From assembly GCA_001949185.1 (NCBI GenBank), contig BDGG01000008.1, forward strand, positions 62,001 through 126,000: a stretch of 64,000 bases of DNA, given 5' to 3'. This document shows, one piece after another, positions 1-11,498 of the stretch (its first letter is position 1; every line of letters begins with the position of its first letter). The notes under the pieces were generated by a model. That model saw only the letters and a list, made by a program, of their open reading frames with translations, did not search any database and was not told the DNA's origin. A program made the position numbers and the translations under genes. The stretch comes from Ramazzottius varieornatus. Taxonomy: Eukaryota > Animalia > Tardigrada.

Positions 1-1
1 C

Positions 2-208
2 CTCACACAGCATCGGCATCGCAGTAATCTGGAAGCCTGTGCAGAACGTCTGGGCCGGTTCCAGGAACTGCTGGACTCTGCGGAAGATGTGACACTAGCC
101 ACTCACGAGATCCAGCAAGCTTTAAGGTTTCTGGGGAAAGTGACTGGTCACGTTTATGTCGAAGAAGTCCTCGATGTTATTTTCCGCGATTTTTGTATTG
201 GCAAATAA
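2..208 (+). CDS. GTPBP3: 3' end of tRNA modification GTPase MnmE/GTPBP3 (partial, gene begins before the window)
   Basis: Frame from nt 2 reads LTQHRHRSNLEAC...LGKVTGHVYVEEVLDVIFRDFCIGK*; terminal FCIGK is the MnmE/TrmE signature. Confidence 0.93.
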   Translation, partial: LTQHRHRSNLEACAERLGRFQELLDSAEDVTLATHEIQQALRFLGKVTGHVYVEEVLDVIFRDFCIGK

Positions 209-1131
209 ACCCGGCAAAGTTATTTTCTTTGATTTTTGTTTCTGCTGTAGATGAATTTGTCACCTCGTGATGACTTTGTTTCGCATCTCGTGTTTGTCTT
301 TCACTGTGTTTGTCGACACTGTTAGCCAGCCGGTTGCCTTCGAACTTTGATTAACAAGTGTGTGTTTGATATTGAAATTCCAAACGACTCATTACATCCC
401 ATCGATTGATGGCTATGAGCCGTGCACTTGATATGTAATTGTATCAGTCAATATTTGGCGAGACAGATCACTTGTTCGCGATGGAGTACCCTAGCCGGGC
501 ACTGGCGGGTCCCCATCAACGTCCGACAACGATGGATGGAGTTGCCTGTTCCGCCGGCTGGAAACCTGTTCTTGCAACTACTGACCGTATACAGGCTAAT
601 TTCTGTCTACGGTAGAGGAATGGTATTTATAAAGCCGAACGTGACTTCGGCGGGGCGATTGGAATCACATCAATTCGCTGTTTTACTTTCTACCTCGGTC
701 TACTGCACCTCTATAGTGTATTTTATAATCTGGAAAGGGGATTAAGCTACGAGTACTTCACCAACCAGATAGATGTGCGCTTCAGACTGGGTTAATAGTT
801 CATGCACGGGCAACTCTACAGACCACGCCTAGCTAAATCCCTCAATTTGGCCACATTATTTTTTTCATAAGTTGACGACCTGGGCGGCAGACGAGCACAC
901 ATCTGTGTACCGGCCGGTTTCCTAGTCAGTCGCTGACCACCATTGTTTGTTTCGCGCCGAGTACTTTTATGCTAATGACGTGTTTAACGTAAAGTTCGTA
1001 GCATACGCCGGTTTCACGTCCAGAGAGGGACGCTGGACGCGGAAGCCTGGGAGCCATGTTTGCGGGCGTCGAAACTTTCCGTGGAATACCAATATCTGAT
1101 CAACCTCTGCGTATGATTATAAATTAGCGGG

Positions 1132-3141
1132 ATGTTTTGCAGTCATGTGTTGGGAATATACCGAACATGGGGACTGATTATGGTGTGTTTATTCACTTCC
1201 CTGTTCCTGGTTGTGGAGCCGTTCGGGAACGAGATGCTATCGTCGTACCTCCTCGCCCCATCCCCTCGCATTGATTACACAAAGTAAAATGAAAATCTTC
1301 TCCATCACTCGCGTTTGACCTAGGTAAAATTTGTCTTCTTTCTGGAGCAGCAATCAGTTGTTCAAGATCTACACTCGGACACCAGAAGACTTGGCGCTGC
1401 TAAAGCGATGGCAGGTGGAGCTGCGCCCGCTTCAACTGGACTTTTGGGACGATGCCTTGCCGGATTACTTCAATCCTTTCCATACCAGCTTCCTGGTTCG
1501 TGTTCCTCCGCAGTCAGTCAAGGACTTCACGGGATACCTCATCGCTGCAGAAATAGACTACCAAATATCAAGTCACGATCTCAAAAAACTAGTCCAATGG
1601 GAGAAGATGACAGTAGCCACCGCACAACAGGCAGGTCGAAACCGTGGCTCCGGGATGGTCATCGCACAAAGCCCCGGCACCGACAGATATCCGAATCATC
1701 GCAGAGTCTTACTCCCGGGTGTACATACCTTAGCATCCTATCTCCCACTGGAGAACGTCAATAACTTTATCGATTCCATTGTCGATCGACATCCTGTAAT
1801 GGCAAGCACCTTCGAAATCGGCAGAAGTTTCGAAGGACGACCTATACGCGGAATAAAGGTACCTACGAGTACCTTACTGTAATATAGAATTCAAGGCACT
1901 ATCTCCTTACGTTTTGTGTCGCTCAACTTAGATCGGTACTCCGTTTATGAACTTCGGGGAAACCACCTTTGAAGACCCACAGTCAGTTCCACCCACAGTA
2001 AAGAAAGCCATTCTTATTGACGGTGCCATGCAAGGCCGTGACTGGATTACCGTGCCGGCTTTACTCTATCTCGTGCAGCAACTTCTGTCTCGCTACGATA
2101 TTGACGACCGAGCCAGATTCATGTTGGACACGTACGACTGGTACATTGTAAGACCATCTTTTCTTATATCATAGGCTCTTGTCCCTCGTTTTATGCCCTT
2201 GTTTTCAAAGATACCGGTGGCCAACCCGGACGGATATCTCTTCTCCTGGCAGACGGTAAGTGACGAACCTTCTGCTTACTTTTTAGAAATCGCTCTTCTG
2301 CTTTCCTTGTATATATGTAGGATCGGTTCTGGAAGAAGACAAGATCGATCAGTGCTCTAAACACCACGTTAGGCAATCCGCAGTGCCGCGGAGTGGACTT
2401 GAACCGAAACTTTGCCTTTGGATGGGGAAAGAGCGAAGAGTCGGACTATGAGAGCTCCGACGTGTGTCATCGGTCCTTTGGAGGTGGCAAGCCATTCTCC
2501 GAACGAGAGTCCACGGCACTCGCCAAGTTCATGTTTAATAACCGGAAGCAGATCAAGATTTACATCACCCTTCAAAATTATGGCCAAGCGGTCCTGACTC
2601 CTTATGCTGCCAAACCGGTTCTGTCCAAGGATCATCGCAGCCATGTGTTGGCCGGCAGTATCGCCGCACGAGCCATGCATAAAGTCCACGGGGAAGGTTA
2701 CGAACTGGGAACCTTCGCCGAAGCTCTCTGTAAGTTGCCTGTCGATGGAATATTCTGATGAGCGACATTATGATCACCAGGGTCGTGCCGTCAGGTGAAA
2801 CTCCAGCCATGCACGGCCTTGATCAGTTATCAAGGCTGTGCCCGAAACTTTGCATTTTCGACCACTGGTCGGAATACTTTTGACTGGCCGCAAGATCAGA
2901 ATATTCCTTGGTTTCTTTTATAGATCTCGCAGGAGGGACAAGCATTGACTGGGCATATGAAGTGGCAAAGATCAAGTATTCCTTCCAGTTTCAGCTGCGT
3001 GACAGAGGAAGCTGGGGGTTCCTTCTGCCAAGAAGCCGAATTATTCCTGCCGCGGCTGAATTCTATGCCGGCGTAACAGAAATGGCTCACTTTGTCCATC
3101 TCTCAGAGATGGACTATGAAAATATCGACAAGGTTTGGTGA
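1132..3141 (+). CDS. Secreted M14A carboxypeptidase A/B-like protein with prodomain, predicted catalytically inactive (multi-exon)
   Basis: Hydrophobic N-terminus, prodomain (LQLDFWD), IGRSFEGRPI, PVANPDGY, RFWKKTR, GVDLNRNF, PFSERES, GGTSIDW, WGFLLP. Zinc and catalytic motifs are altered (GAMQGRDW, TLQNY, FQLRD). GT-AG introns join the frames. Confidence 0.9.
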
Positions 3142-3273
3142 ACATGTTCGGATTTCATGCCGAGCAATTAAGTTAGAGAAAAGAGGGGTATGCTTTCACA
3201 GGCGAATTGAGATACTGGTTGGAGTGAAAAAACAATGAAATGAAACAATAAATTAACAAGACAACTCACAGCA

Positions 3274-4021
3274 TCACGAACTTTGAAGAGCGCGGAGCAA
3301 CCTTTCGAATACTTCATGCGTTTCCCCGATTCCATCGACGGTTTTCAAAACGCCCTTAGCTTTGTAGTGCTCTATCACCGGTAAAGACTCTCGTCGAAAG
3401 GCTGCGTACCTTTTTCGCACACTTTGTTCTTGATCATCGGAACGGCCACGTCCCAGACACCTAATCAAGTTGAGATCCATTGTGATTACTACTCTGAGCC
3501 AAATGAGTTCAACAAACTGCACGGATACCTTCGAAGTCCCTTTTGAACACATGCATACAGCCGCACATGATGCATAAGCATGTGCATGTGTTCAGGTTGT
3601 TGATCCATGGCTCATACCTTATTAGAGACAGCTCCTCCGGAATATCTAAGAACACGACCGAGCGAAGTTTCATCGTACTCCCAAGACCTGCTTCCCAGGT
3701 CGATAGATTAGACTGGTTTATAGGGAAACCATCCAGCAGGACAGTGCTCGAAGGCGGACAGCTTGCGATGGCTTTCCCGATTAGCGTACACGTGATGTTC
3801 GAGGGGACAAAATTACCAGGCTCTTTCAGAATCTCCGAGATGATCGTTCCATATTGCGAATCGAGCATGTCCCTTTCCGTGCGGATCAGATCGCCTGACG
3901 AAAGATGCACGTAGCCAAGTTTCTCGCTGAGAAGGCTACACTGCACGTCTTTGCCTGCACCCGGGGCTCCAAGGACGAATATCAGCGCCAGCTGACTACC
4001 ATTCTGATTGCTTCCGTTCAT
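3274..4021 (-). CDS. Divergent UMP-CMP kinase / adenylate kinase family paralog (2 coding exons, intron 3461-3617)
   Basis: FVLGAPGAGK, HLSSGDLIR, LLDGFP, RGRSDD..KRY..LPVIEHY; clearly homologous to the gene at 36849-37514. Confidence 0.88.
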
Positions 4022-4859
4022 TACAGCCGTCAGTCCTCCAACCGCTAACCTGCAAGACTCTCATGAAATCAACAGCAACACTTTCGAGATCAGTAAGCTA
4101 CTCACCAAGAACAACGCGAACCGAGGCTTTGAATCCTGGTGAAAGCAACAGTTGTCAGAAATCCATTCTTCGCGGATCGGTGTCAAGGGATTGACGGAAA
4201 TGGCTATCCGGGATCATTCGCGGCTAATCCGGCGACATTCATCTACATCAAACTGCTGTCGTAAGAATACTGACGACCTGAGAGAACTTGCCTGTCGTCA
4301 GGCACAGGTAGTAAAAGCACTCCCGTTGTAATTCATTCGAAAGAACGATCTTAATTTCTCAAAAATGTAAACACGGTAGCTCCGCCCCTCATTGCAACTT
4401 CCAGGCAGTGTTGAGCTCTTGGCTCTCCTATATGCGCCGATGAATCAAGGGAAGGTCTTCCGCCCAGATGACGGGGTTTCTAAAAACTTTGAGGTCTCTG
4501 GAACTGACACTGTCATGTTCCCCACCGCACAATGCTTGCGCAGATCCGGTGAGATTGCTTCGGTTTTGTGAAACTGTCGGCGGTATGTCACAGCTCACGT
4601 GCGGGGCCTTGCGGCCATTTCACCACATATTGGATAACTCTTTTGTTATTAACACGGCAAGGCCTCTGTCATTTTCACATACATGGCTGACATAACCATC
4701 CCTTCTGGTTTAGCCAGATAATCACCGCGCAGCACCGAAATTGTCGAAAATGCGGAAAGCAGGTAAACACAACGTAGAAACGCAACACTGGAAGTATGAT
4801 TTGCTGGTATCAGGCGAACCCGCCGATGCGTGTCTGATATCTTCCAATGAGGATCCACG

Positions 4860-6772
4860 ATGGCAAGAAAGCTTATAACATCGTGTTTATTGATTGTATT
4901 GATTGTGGGACTATTACAGATTTTTTTTGGCGCTTTTGTGTTCCAGCAGACGTCGCACAAGATTCTTAGCGACCTAGGAGATTCATGGTCGAATCTGGAG
5001 ATTCGTCTCCGTGAGAACTCCGACCATCCCACGAACGAGTCCGCTTCGACATCGGCATCCAAAAGCCAGAAAAGGAGTCTGGACTCGTCCTGCAAGAAAT
5101 GGAAGTTATTAGCTTGTGCCATGGTCCATAACGAGGCGGCGTACCTGTTAGAATGGATAGAGTTCCACCGTGGTCAAGGCGTCGACCATTTCGTGTTCTA
5201 CACATATTTCAGTACGGACTTGTTGGAATACGTCCCGATGATCTACGAGGATCTGGGCACCTACGGACTTGTTGATGTAATACCCGCCCGCTTCTTTGCC
5301 CAAGACGCAAAGCGGAAGCTGGACCCGGCGGACTACGCCCAAAACAAGGAGTGGTCAATGGTCGACTGTAATGTACGTTATAGAGAACATGCCCAGTGGA
5401 TTATGCAAATGGACGCCGGTCATTTTGTCCATTCAGAAGAATACAACACAATCTTGGATTTCTTGGAGAATCAAACAGAAAACGCCTTGGCAAACGGCAC
5501 CCTTCCAGAGGACGTCTTTACGGCTGTTCGAGTTCCTACAGTGCGATTTGGCACTTCCGGTGTGCAGGACAAGTTCCTCACATGGATAACACCGAACGCT
5601 TATACTGGAGGAGCCGAAGTATGGGATTAAAAGTTTCCTAGTGTTTTTGTTTTGCCACTCGATAGTCTCTCTAAATAACTTGATCGTACACGTAGGTACT
5701 CTACGAGCCATATCGCGGAACAGAGGACCTTTACCCACTGGTCATCGAAAGCAACCCCAAGCGAGCTCCTCACGGAGAACTGGACGGCAACCTAACCGAT
5801 GTTCCTGTTTGCTCTGGTCAATCCAAAGAAGAGCTACAGCTTTGTAGCGATTCTTCAACCGTCACGATAGTGAAAAGCGGCAGGTGTCCTCCGGCTAACA
5901 TTACCGAATGTCTGAGGCCAACGGAAAACCTTATCTGGCCGGAACTACCTTTGTTACGAGCAGACAACCACAACTGGCGCGCTGTCAATCATGCCAAAGA
6001 AGCCAAGTACTGGGACCCCCTTCATGATCAGACGTTTGATGCGCTGGACACTTCGTGGTTCTCGTCCGTTCTGGATGATATCAAGTTCAAGTACATCAGT
6101 CGAGTACGAGAAGGCATCATGTCGCTGAAACCAAGACTCTTCCTGGATGTGAATCGGACTTGCGACCCAGTAGCGATGAAGAACGGCCAGCAAGTGATGT
6201 GCCCGCCATCTCACCCTGTAAGCATAGATCGTCTAGTAAATTAAAAAATCAGATAGTACAATGAGCTGTCGACACAATTTTAATAATGTTCCATAGTATC
6301 CATACGGTAACTTCGGAGGAAAATGGCTACGAGAATGCTGCGAAAAAGATATAGATTATTATGGGGAACCATTGACGATAGAGTCGAACAGCTGCTGGAA
6401 CTATTCAGGTATTCACTTGGACTGTTTAGATTTCACTGGTACAATCTGATCCTTTTTGGCAAACGAAACTGCAAACGAAACTGAGAAACTGAATAAGGTC
6501 TCTGACTTTGTGGAAAATTTTGGAATTTGGACTTTTTAGTGGTTGACTGCCCCGATCCGCCCGGAGTGGAAAAGTGGCTGCACAGAAGCTGCTGTGTCTA
6601 CACTCCACCTTCCGGCTCTCTCAACGCGACCATGCTGGACTTTGATTACAGCAACGACACCTCACTGGAATATTATGACTATAGTAATGATACCTATTCG
6701 AACGCCTCAGACCCTCTGAACGACGACTTTGATAACAGTATTATTCAACCGATGAAAGGAAGTCTGACGTGA
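4860..6772 (+). CDS. Type II membrane GT-A fold glycosyltransferase-like protein (GT92 / Glyco_tranf_2_4-like) with Cys-rich C-terminal module (about 4 exons)
   Basis: N-terminal TM anchor, Ser-rich stem, LACAMVHNEAAYLLEWIEFHRGQGVDHFVFY motif. In-frame splices near 5618/5696, 6217/6297 and 6408/6540 extend the ORF to the stop at 6772. The 3' exon structure is less certain. Confidence 0.7.
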
Positions 6773-6794
6773 GAACTCGAGAAGGTTAGTTTTC

Positions 6795-9265
6795 TTACGC
6801 TTTCGGCTGTTGTTTCAAAAAGTTTTCTATTGCGATACGCAGAACGTGGATTGCGTAGTCCACATCGTCTTTGGTGATGCACATGGGCGGTTTTATACGG
6901 AAAACCTGCAAAGGCAATCATCTCTTTCATACCTTTTGTAAACTGCCTTCTGAACCACACTTACGTTTCCGTAATATCCTCCTTTGCCCACAAGCAGTCC
7001 CAGGTCTTTGGTAGTTTCCCAGATTTGAGCCATACTGGCAGCAGGCAGAGGTGTCTTCGAGTCCTTTGTAGTGACCATCTCCAATCCAATCATCAGCCCC
7101 TTTCCGCGGACGTCTCCGACGATTTCGTACTGCTCCCGTAGCTTACCCAGCTCTGTGATGAAGTACGTGCCCAGTTTCGCGCAGTGCTCTTGGAGACCTT
7201 CTTCCTCAACCACCTACACCGACAACCAGCAATAGCTGGTTTTTAGTAACGCCAAGCAAAACAGTCACTGAGTTCTTACGTCAAGAACTGCTGAGCCGAT
7301 CGCACAAGCTAGAGGGTTTCCACCGAAAGTGTTGAAATGGGTTGCGGCGGCTAGCTTTTGCGCTATTTCTGGAGTGGTGACAACAGCGGCCATGGGAAAA
7401 CCTAGAGTACAAGACCGTTAGTCGCCCTTAGTTTCCGGGGAGAAAGCTCCAATATTTCGTGCAGATCAATGCAACATACCGTTTCCGATTCCTTTGGCCA
7501 TTGTTACTGCAAAAGAAGAGCTTTAGTTGCACAGAGGGCAAAACGGAAAAGCAAGTGTGTGATTGATCGTACCTATGTCCGGTATCACACTATGGCCTTC
7601 AAAGCCCCAAAAGTGTTCTCCGGTTCGACCGAATCCTGTCTGCACTTCGTCGGAGATGCACACGCCACCGTGGTCACGGATGATCTTGAAGGCTCGCTGC
7701 ATGAAGGTCTTCGGGAACTGGATGGTACCGCCAACGCCCTGAGATAGACAAGCGGGTCACAATCGTTTTCTCATCAGACAGAAGTGCTACTGTACGAATG
7801 CGAAAAACAAAAGCATGGGTGCAATCTGTTTCACTTGAGTTCGTCTACCAGGTGGCGCTGGCCCTCACCTGGATGGACTCGGCAAACATACCGCCAACTC
7901 TCCCCTTCGGACAACTGTATCGCAGAACTTCTTCGAGTTCTCCGATGTACCGATCGCTTGCTGCACAGGACTTCGCTGAGGCACAATCGCAGCCACGGTC
8001 CGTCTAGAAAAACGGGATAAGCATTGAGTATTAACATTATAGTCGCGCAATACCGGTGAAACTTCCGCCATCGCATCCACCGGTGAAACTCGGTTGCAGT
8101 TCATAAGGATAATGCTTGATAACACCAAATTGAGGTATACTCACTTGACAAGGTGAATCTCGGCACTTGTTACCTCCCCATATACCACGATATGGGTCGG
8201 GATTCATGGTTTGATGGATACCAAAGCCGGTAGGGATATTGTAATGCCAGCTAGACAGTGCCGTCAAACCCATCAGGTTGGGGCTGGTTCCGTGATAGCC
8301 ACTCCTTGAATCGGCATAACAGCAAAGTCATTCCCTAATTATTGATTACCGCTCTCAAAAACAGAATACCTGAGTCCAATGATGTCGTAACAGCCGGAAT
8401 GGAGTCTGGCCAACAACATGGCCAAATCGTTCGCTTCCGAACCGCTATTCACCAAATAGACAACCTACGAGCAAAAACGCGTGTAAGTTACCAAGAGGCA
8501 AATGTATGGCAAGAGAACTCACTTTGAGGTTTCCGGGCATTTTCTTCATGAGCTTCTCGATGTATTCATGCAGCGTCGGATACATGTAAATGACGGTCGT
8601 ATGCCAGAGTTTGTCCATTTGTTGACGCGCTGCTTCAACCACTCTCCTGCAGCATGCAACAGGTGATATAACTTGGCAGACGCAGCGGAAGTGATGTGAA
8701 ATATGCGTGACAGAAGGAAACGTACGGATGTGAATGTCCGACAGAAACAGTTACAATGCCGCCGAACAGATCCAGGTAACGTTTACCGGTGGAGTCCCAG
8801 AGCCACTGTCAGAACAAGGATATTTAGATCCGCGGTGGTTGCAGCACAGTTTCGGCTTCGACACCTGCATATGGCCCTGATGTATCATGATTGGCTTCTT
8901 ATAATACGCGAATCCATGGGTTGACGGAAACAGGTGCTGCTTCCGCGTCTTTACGGCTTCCTCGATTGGTGCGCCCTGCAATGACGAAGTGCGTGGAAGT
9001 GAGAACAGCATTTCAGAAAGTGCAGTCACCCACTGAGGAGCCATCACACTCAAAATTGCACTCTTACGGTGTATTTTGGAGGAACGAAGTTGCACGGTGG
9101 AAGCTCCAACGATGAGGAATCTGTCGAAAGTCTGCTGATGTGTTTCTGACATCGTAGAACACGAGACTTCAAGCCAATCTTCCCTACAAACACAAGGCGT
9201 GCAGTACTTCCTCTGCAGCACGAAAACGCAAGATGGAAACCTTCCTTACCCAAAAAAGTTGGCAT
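6795..9265 (-). CDS. AGXT2: Alanine--glyoxylate aminotransferase 2, mitochondrial (class III PLP aminotransferase, multi-exon)
   Basis: Presequence then [90 protein letters not shown]. Confidence 0.95.
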
Positions 9266-10112
9266 GCTTGGTACTTTAACCACACATCCGAAAGTGGCAG
9301 CAATGGGCTGTAATCCAGTTATGGTTTGCCTCGTAAGCACAACTACTTGAGCCTAACTGCATGCTCGATCAGCCAGGAAGAATGGGGCCACTGAATCGAA
9401 CCCCAAGCAGACCAGGAAACGACATTATCTTCATCTGCTGATCACCGCTAAGATATCAACGTTAGTACACGTTCGGCCATGCCACGTGTGTTCGCAGACT
9501 TTCAAAATCACGTAAAGCAAAGTCTACGGGATATTCGTTTATCGAGAAAACGTTCTATAAAATTGATGGCTGCTATGATAAGCGGACGACTCTGAATATC
9601 CTGCTGTACAAACTTGCGAATGTCTCCGTGAAAGTGCAGCGACCTACAACTATAAGCCATGCTACTGCTGCCCTTGAAATCAGTCACGCAAAAGGTGCAC
9701 GATGACGGTTGGTCACTACAGCAAAATACAGTGCGAAGAACCTGACGACAAACTCTTTCTGCTATGTTTCACGCGAGTATTAGTGCGTCGAACACCACGG
9801 ATTTACTCTTAACAAAACTAAACAAACCCCGATATCTGTTCAATTCTCCCAAACGCCAACGAACAGTACGTTAACATGCGGTTCGGCAGAGTACTAACGA
9901 AAAGTTTCCCACCGAGCACCTCGTAAGGATTCCTTGTCGTAGGTATGCGTAATTGTTAGATGGGACAGCCTATAACGGATACTAACGACAAGATAAAGAC
10001 TTGCATCGCTGAGAAGTGAGAACCATTCGTGACTAAGAACGTACCCATGTCGTTCGGAGTCAAGCATAAAAAGTCAGCCTGAGGAGCAGCAGAAGAGAAG
10101 AAAAAATGGATC

Positions 10113-11498
10113 CTAGTGTTTCCCCCTCCCGATCTCATACGTTGCGGGCCCCTTCGTTGGCAAGTCTCGAAGCGTCTCCGCCTTTGGGTCCGAGTACCTG
10201 CAAAAACGGAAATTCAGATGAAAAAACCCCGCACAACACAACCACTTGAGCGGTGTACTACGCATCGTCATGGCCATAACGCTTCCGTGTATGAATTTTA
10301 CCCATTCAATGTCGAGTCCATCAGCTTCTTGTGCTAGTTCCTGAAGGTCAGCAGCATTGGTCACAGGCTTTCCTTTCGTCGTCTTCCATCCATTCTGTAG
10401 CCATTTTGATGCCCACTGTGTCATACCTAATGAATACGGAAAAGGCTGATTAACAGTTCGGAAGACACTCAATTGCGCAGTTAAAGCCCCGGAATGTTGG
10501 AAGGCTTTCCACCGGCCATCGCACTAATCTACGACAGTCGAGGATATTCCTTCACACATGGTTTAGCACAGATTCGTTACTGAGACCAACGAATGTCCTA
10601 GTTTTTGAACACGAACTCGATGCCTTATGGAAGTGAGTCTGTGGCTCAAGGGAGGCAAAGCTTCTGATTAGGCAGCCAACTTACTTTGGACAACGAAAGA
10701 GTTGGGGGTATTTATCGTTATAGATTCCACTCCAAGTTCTTTTGCTTGCCGTAAAGCACGAGCAGCGGCATGGACTGCCACACGGTTCATCGTTGGTGTA
10801 CCTTCTATCAGTAACTGCTCTGAAATGTTCCTCGGGGAATCCTCTCCCCAGAAGACACCCACTCCGCATCGTCCCTTGACGTAGCAGACTGCATCGATGT
10901 AGACGACGGCTGTCTTCCCGACAAGTCCTGTGAACGAGAACCATGCACTTGCCTGCTCATACACCCAGCAAATGGGAGCAGACAGTATGGAATTGTGGCC
11001 AGAATTGTGCGTACCTGGAGGAGCGAATTTGGGCTTCTTTTCAGTCTTTTTTTCTGGTACCGTCTCGGTTAGCTCAGTAGCAGGACGCTTGACCTGGACT
11101 GATGGAGCTGGTGCCGTCTTGGCAGGTTTGGAGGAAGCTGCTGCATTTGAGGCGGCTAGGTTCTTAACGGCTGCTCCTTTGTTGACAAATTCTTCAGCCT
11201 CCTGAGCAGTATCGAATTTCTTGAACTGCGCTCCCGTAAATGAAACGGTCTGCTGTTGGCATTCGGCCCTGAGAAGTAAGACAGAATGGTCAAACGGCGC
11301 AGAAGAGGAACGATTAGCCATAGCCTAAAGGAATACATCTTGGACAATCGATCCAGCCGCTCTGAATAGGCCAGCTACAGGACATCACACACCTTTCCCA
11401 GCGGAAGAAAACGGGAGGAGAAGAAAGTTGCCACCGTTGACTTACCATGTTTTGTACACTCCCGGCTTCTTCCCGACCTTGACTGCGTAAAATGGCAT
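10113..11498 (-). CDS. RNase H1-like paralog with intact hybrid-binding domain and degenerate catalytic site (5 exons)
   Basis: MPFYAVKVGKKPGVYKTW|AECQQQTVSFTGAQFKKF (HBD); VVYIDAVC..GVGVFWGEDSPRNISE; TQWASKWLQNGWKTTKGKPVTN. Three intron positions match the canonical gene at 29539-30654. Confidence 0.88.

Noticed and set aside
3544-3594. 12-bp stem (TGAACACATGCA) in the kinase intron as a mirtron
   Set aside because: The stem does not abut the splice sites and is short and ATGC-repeat rich.
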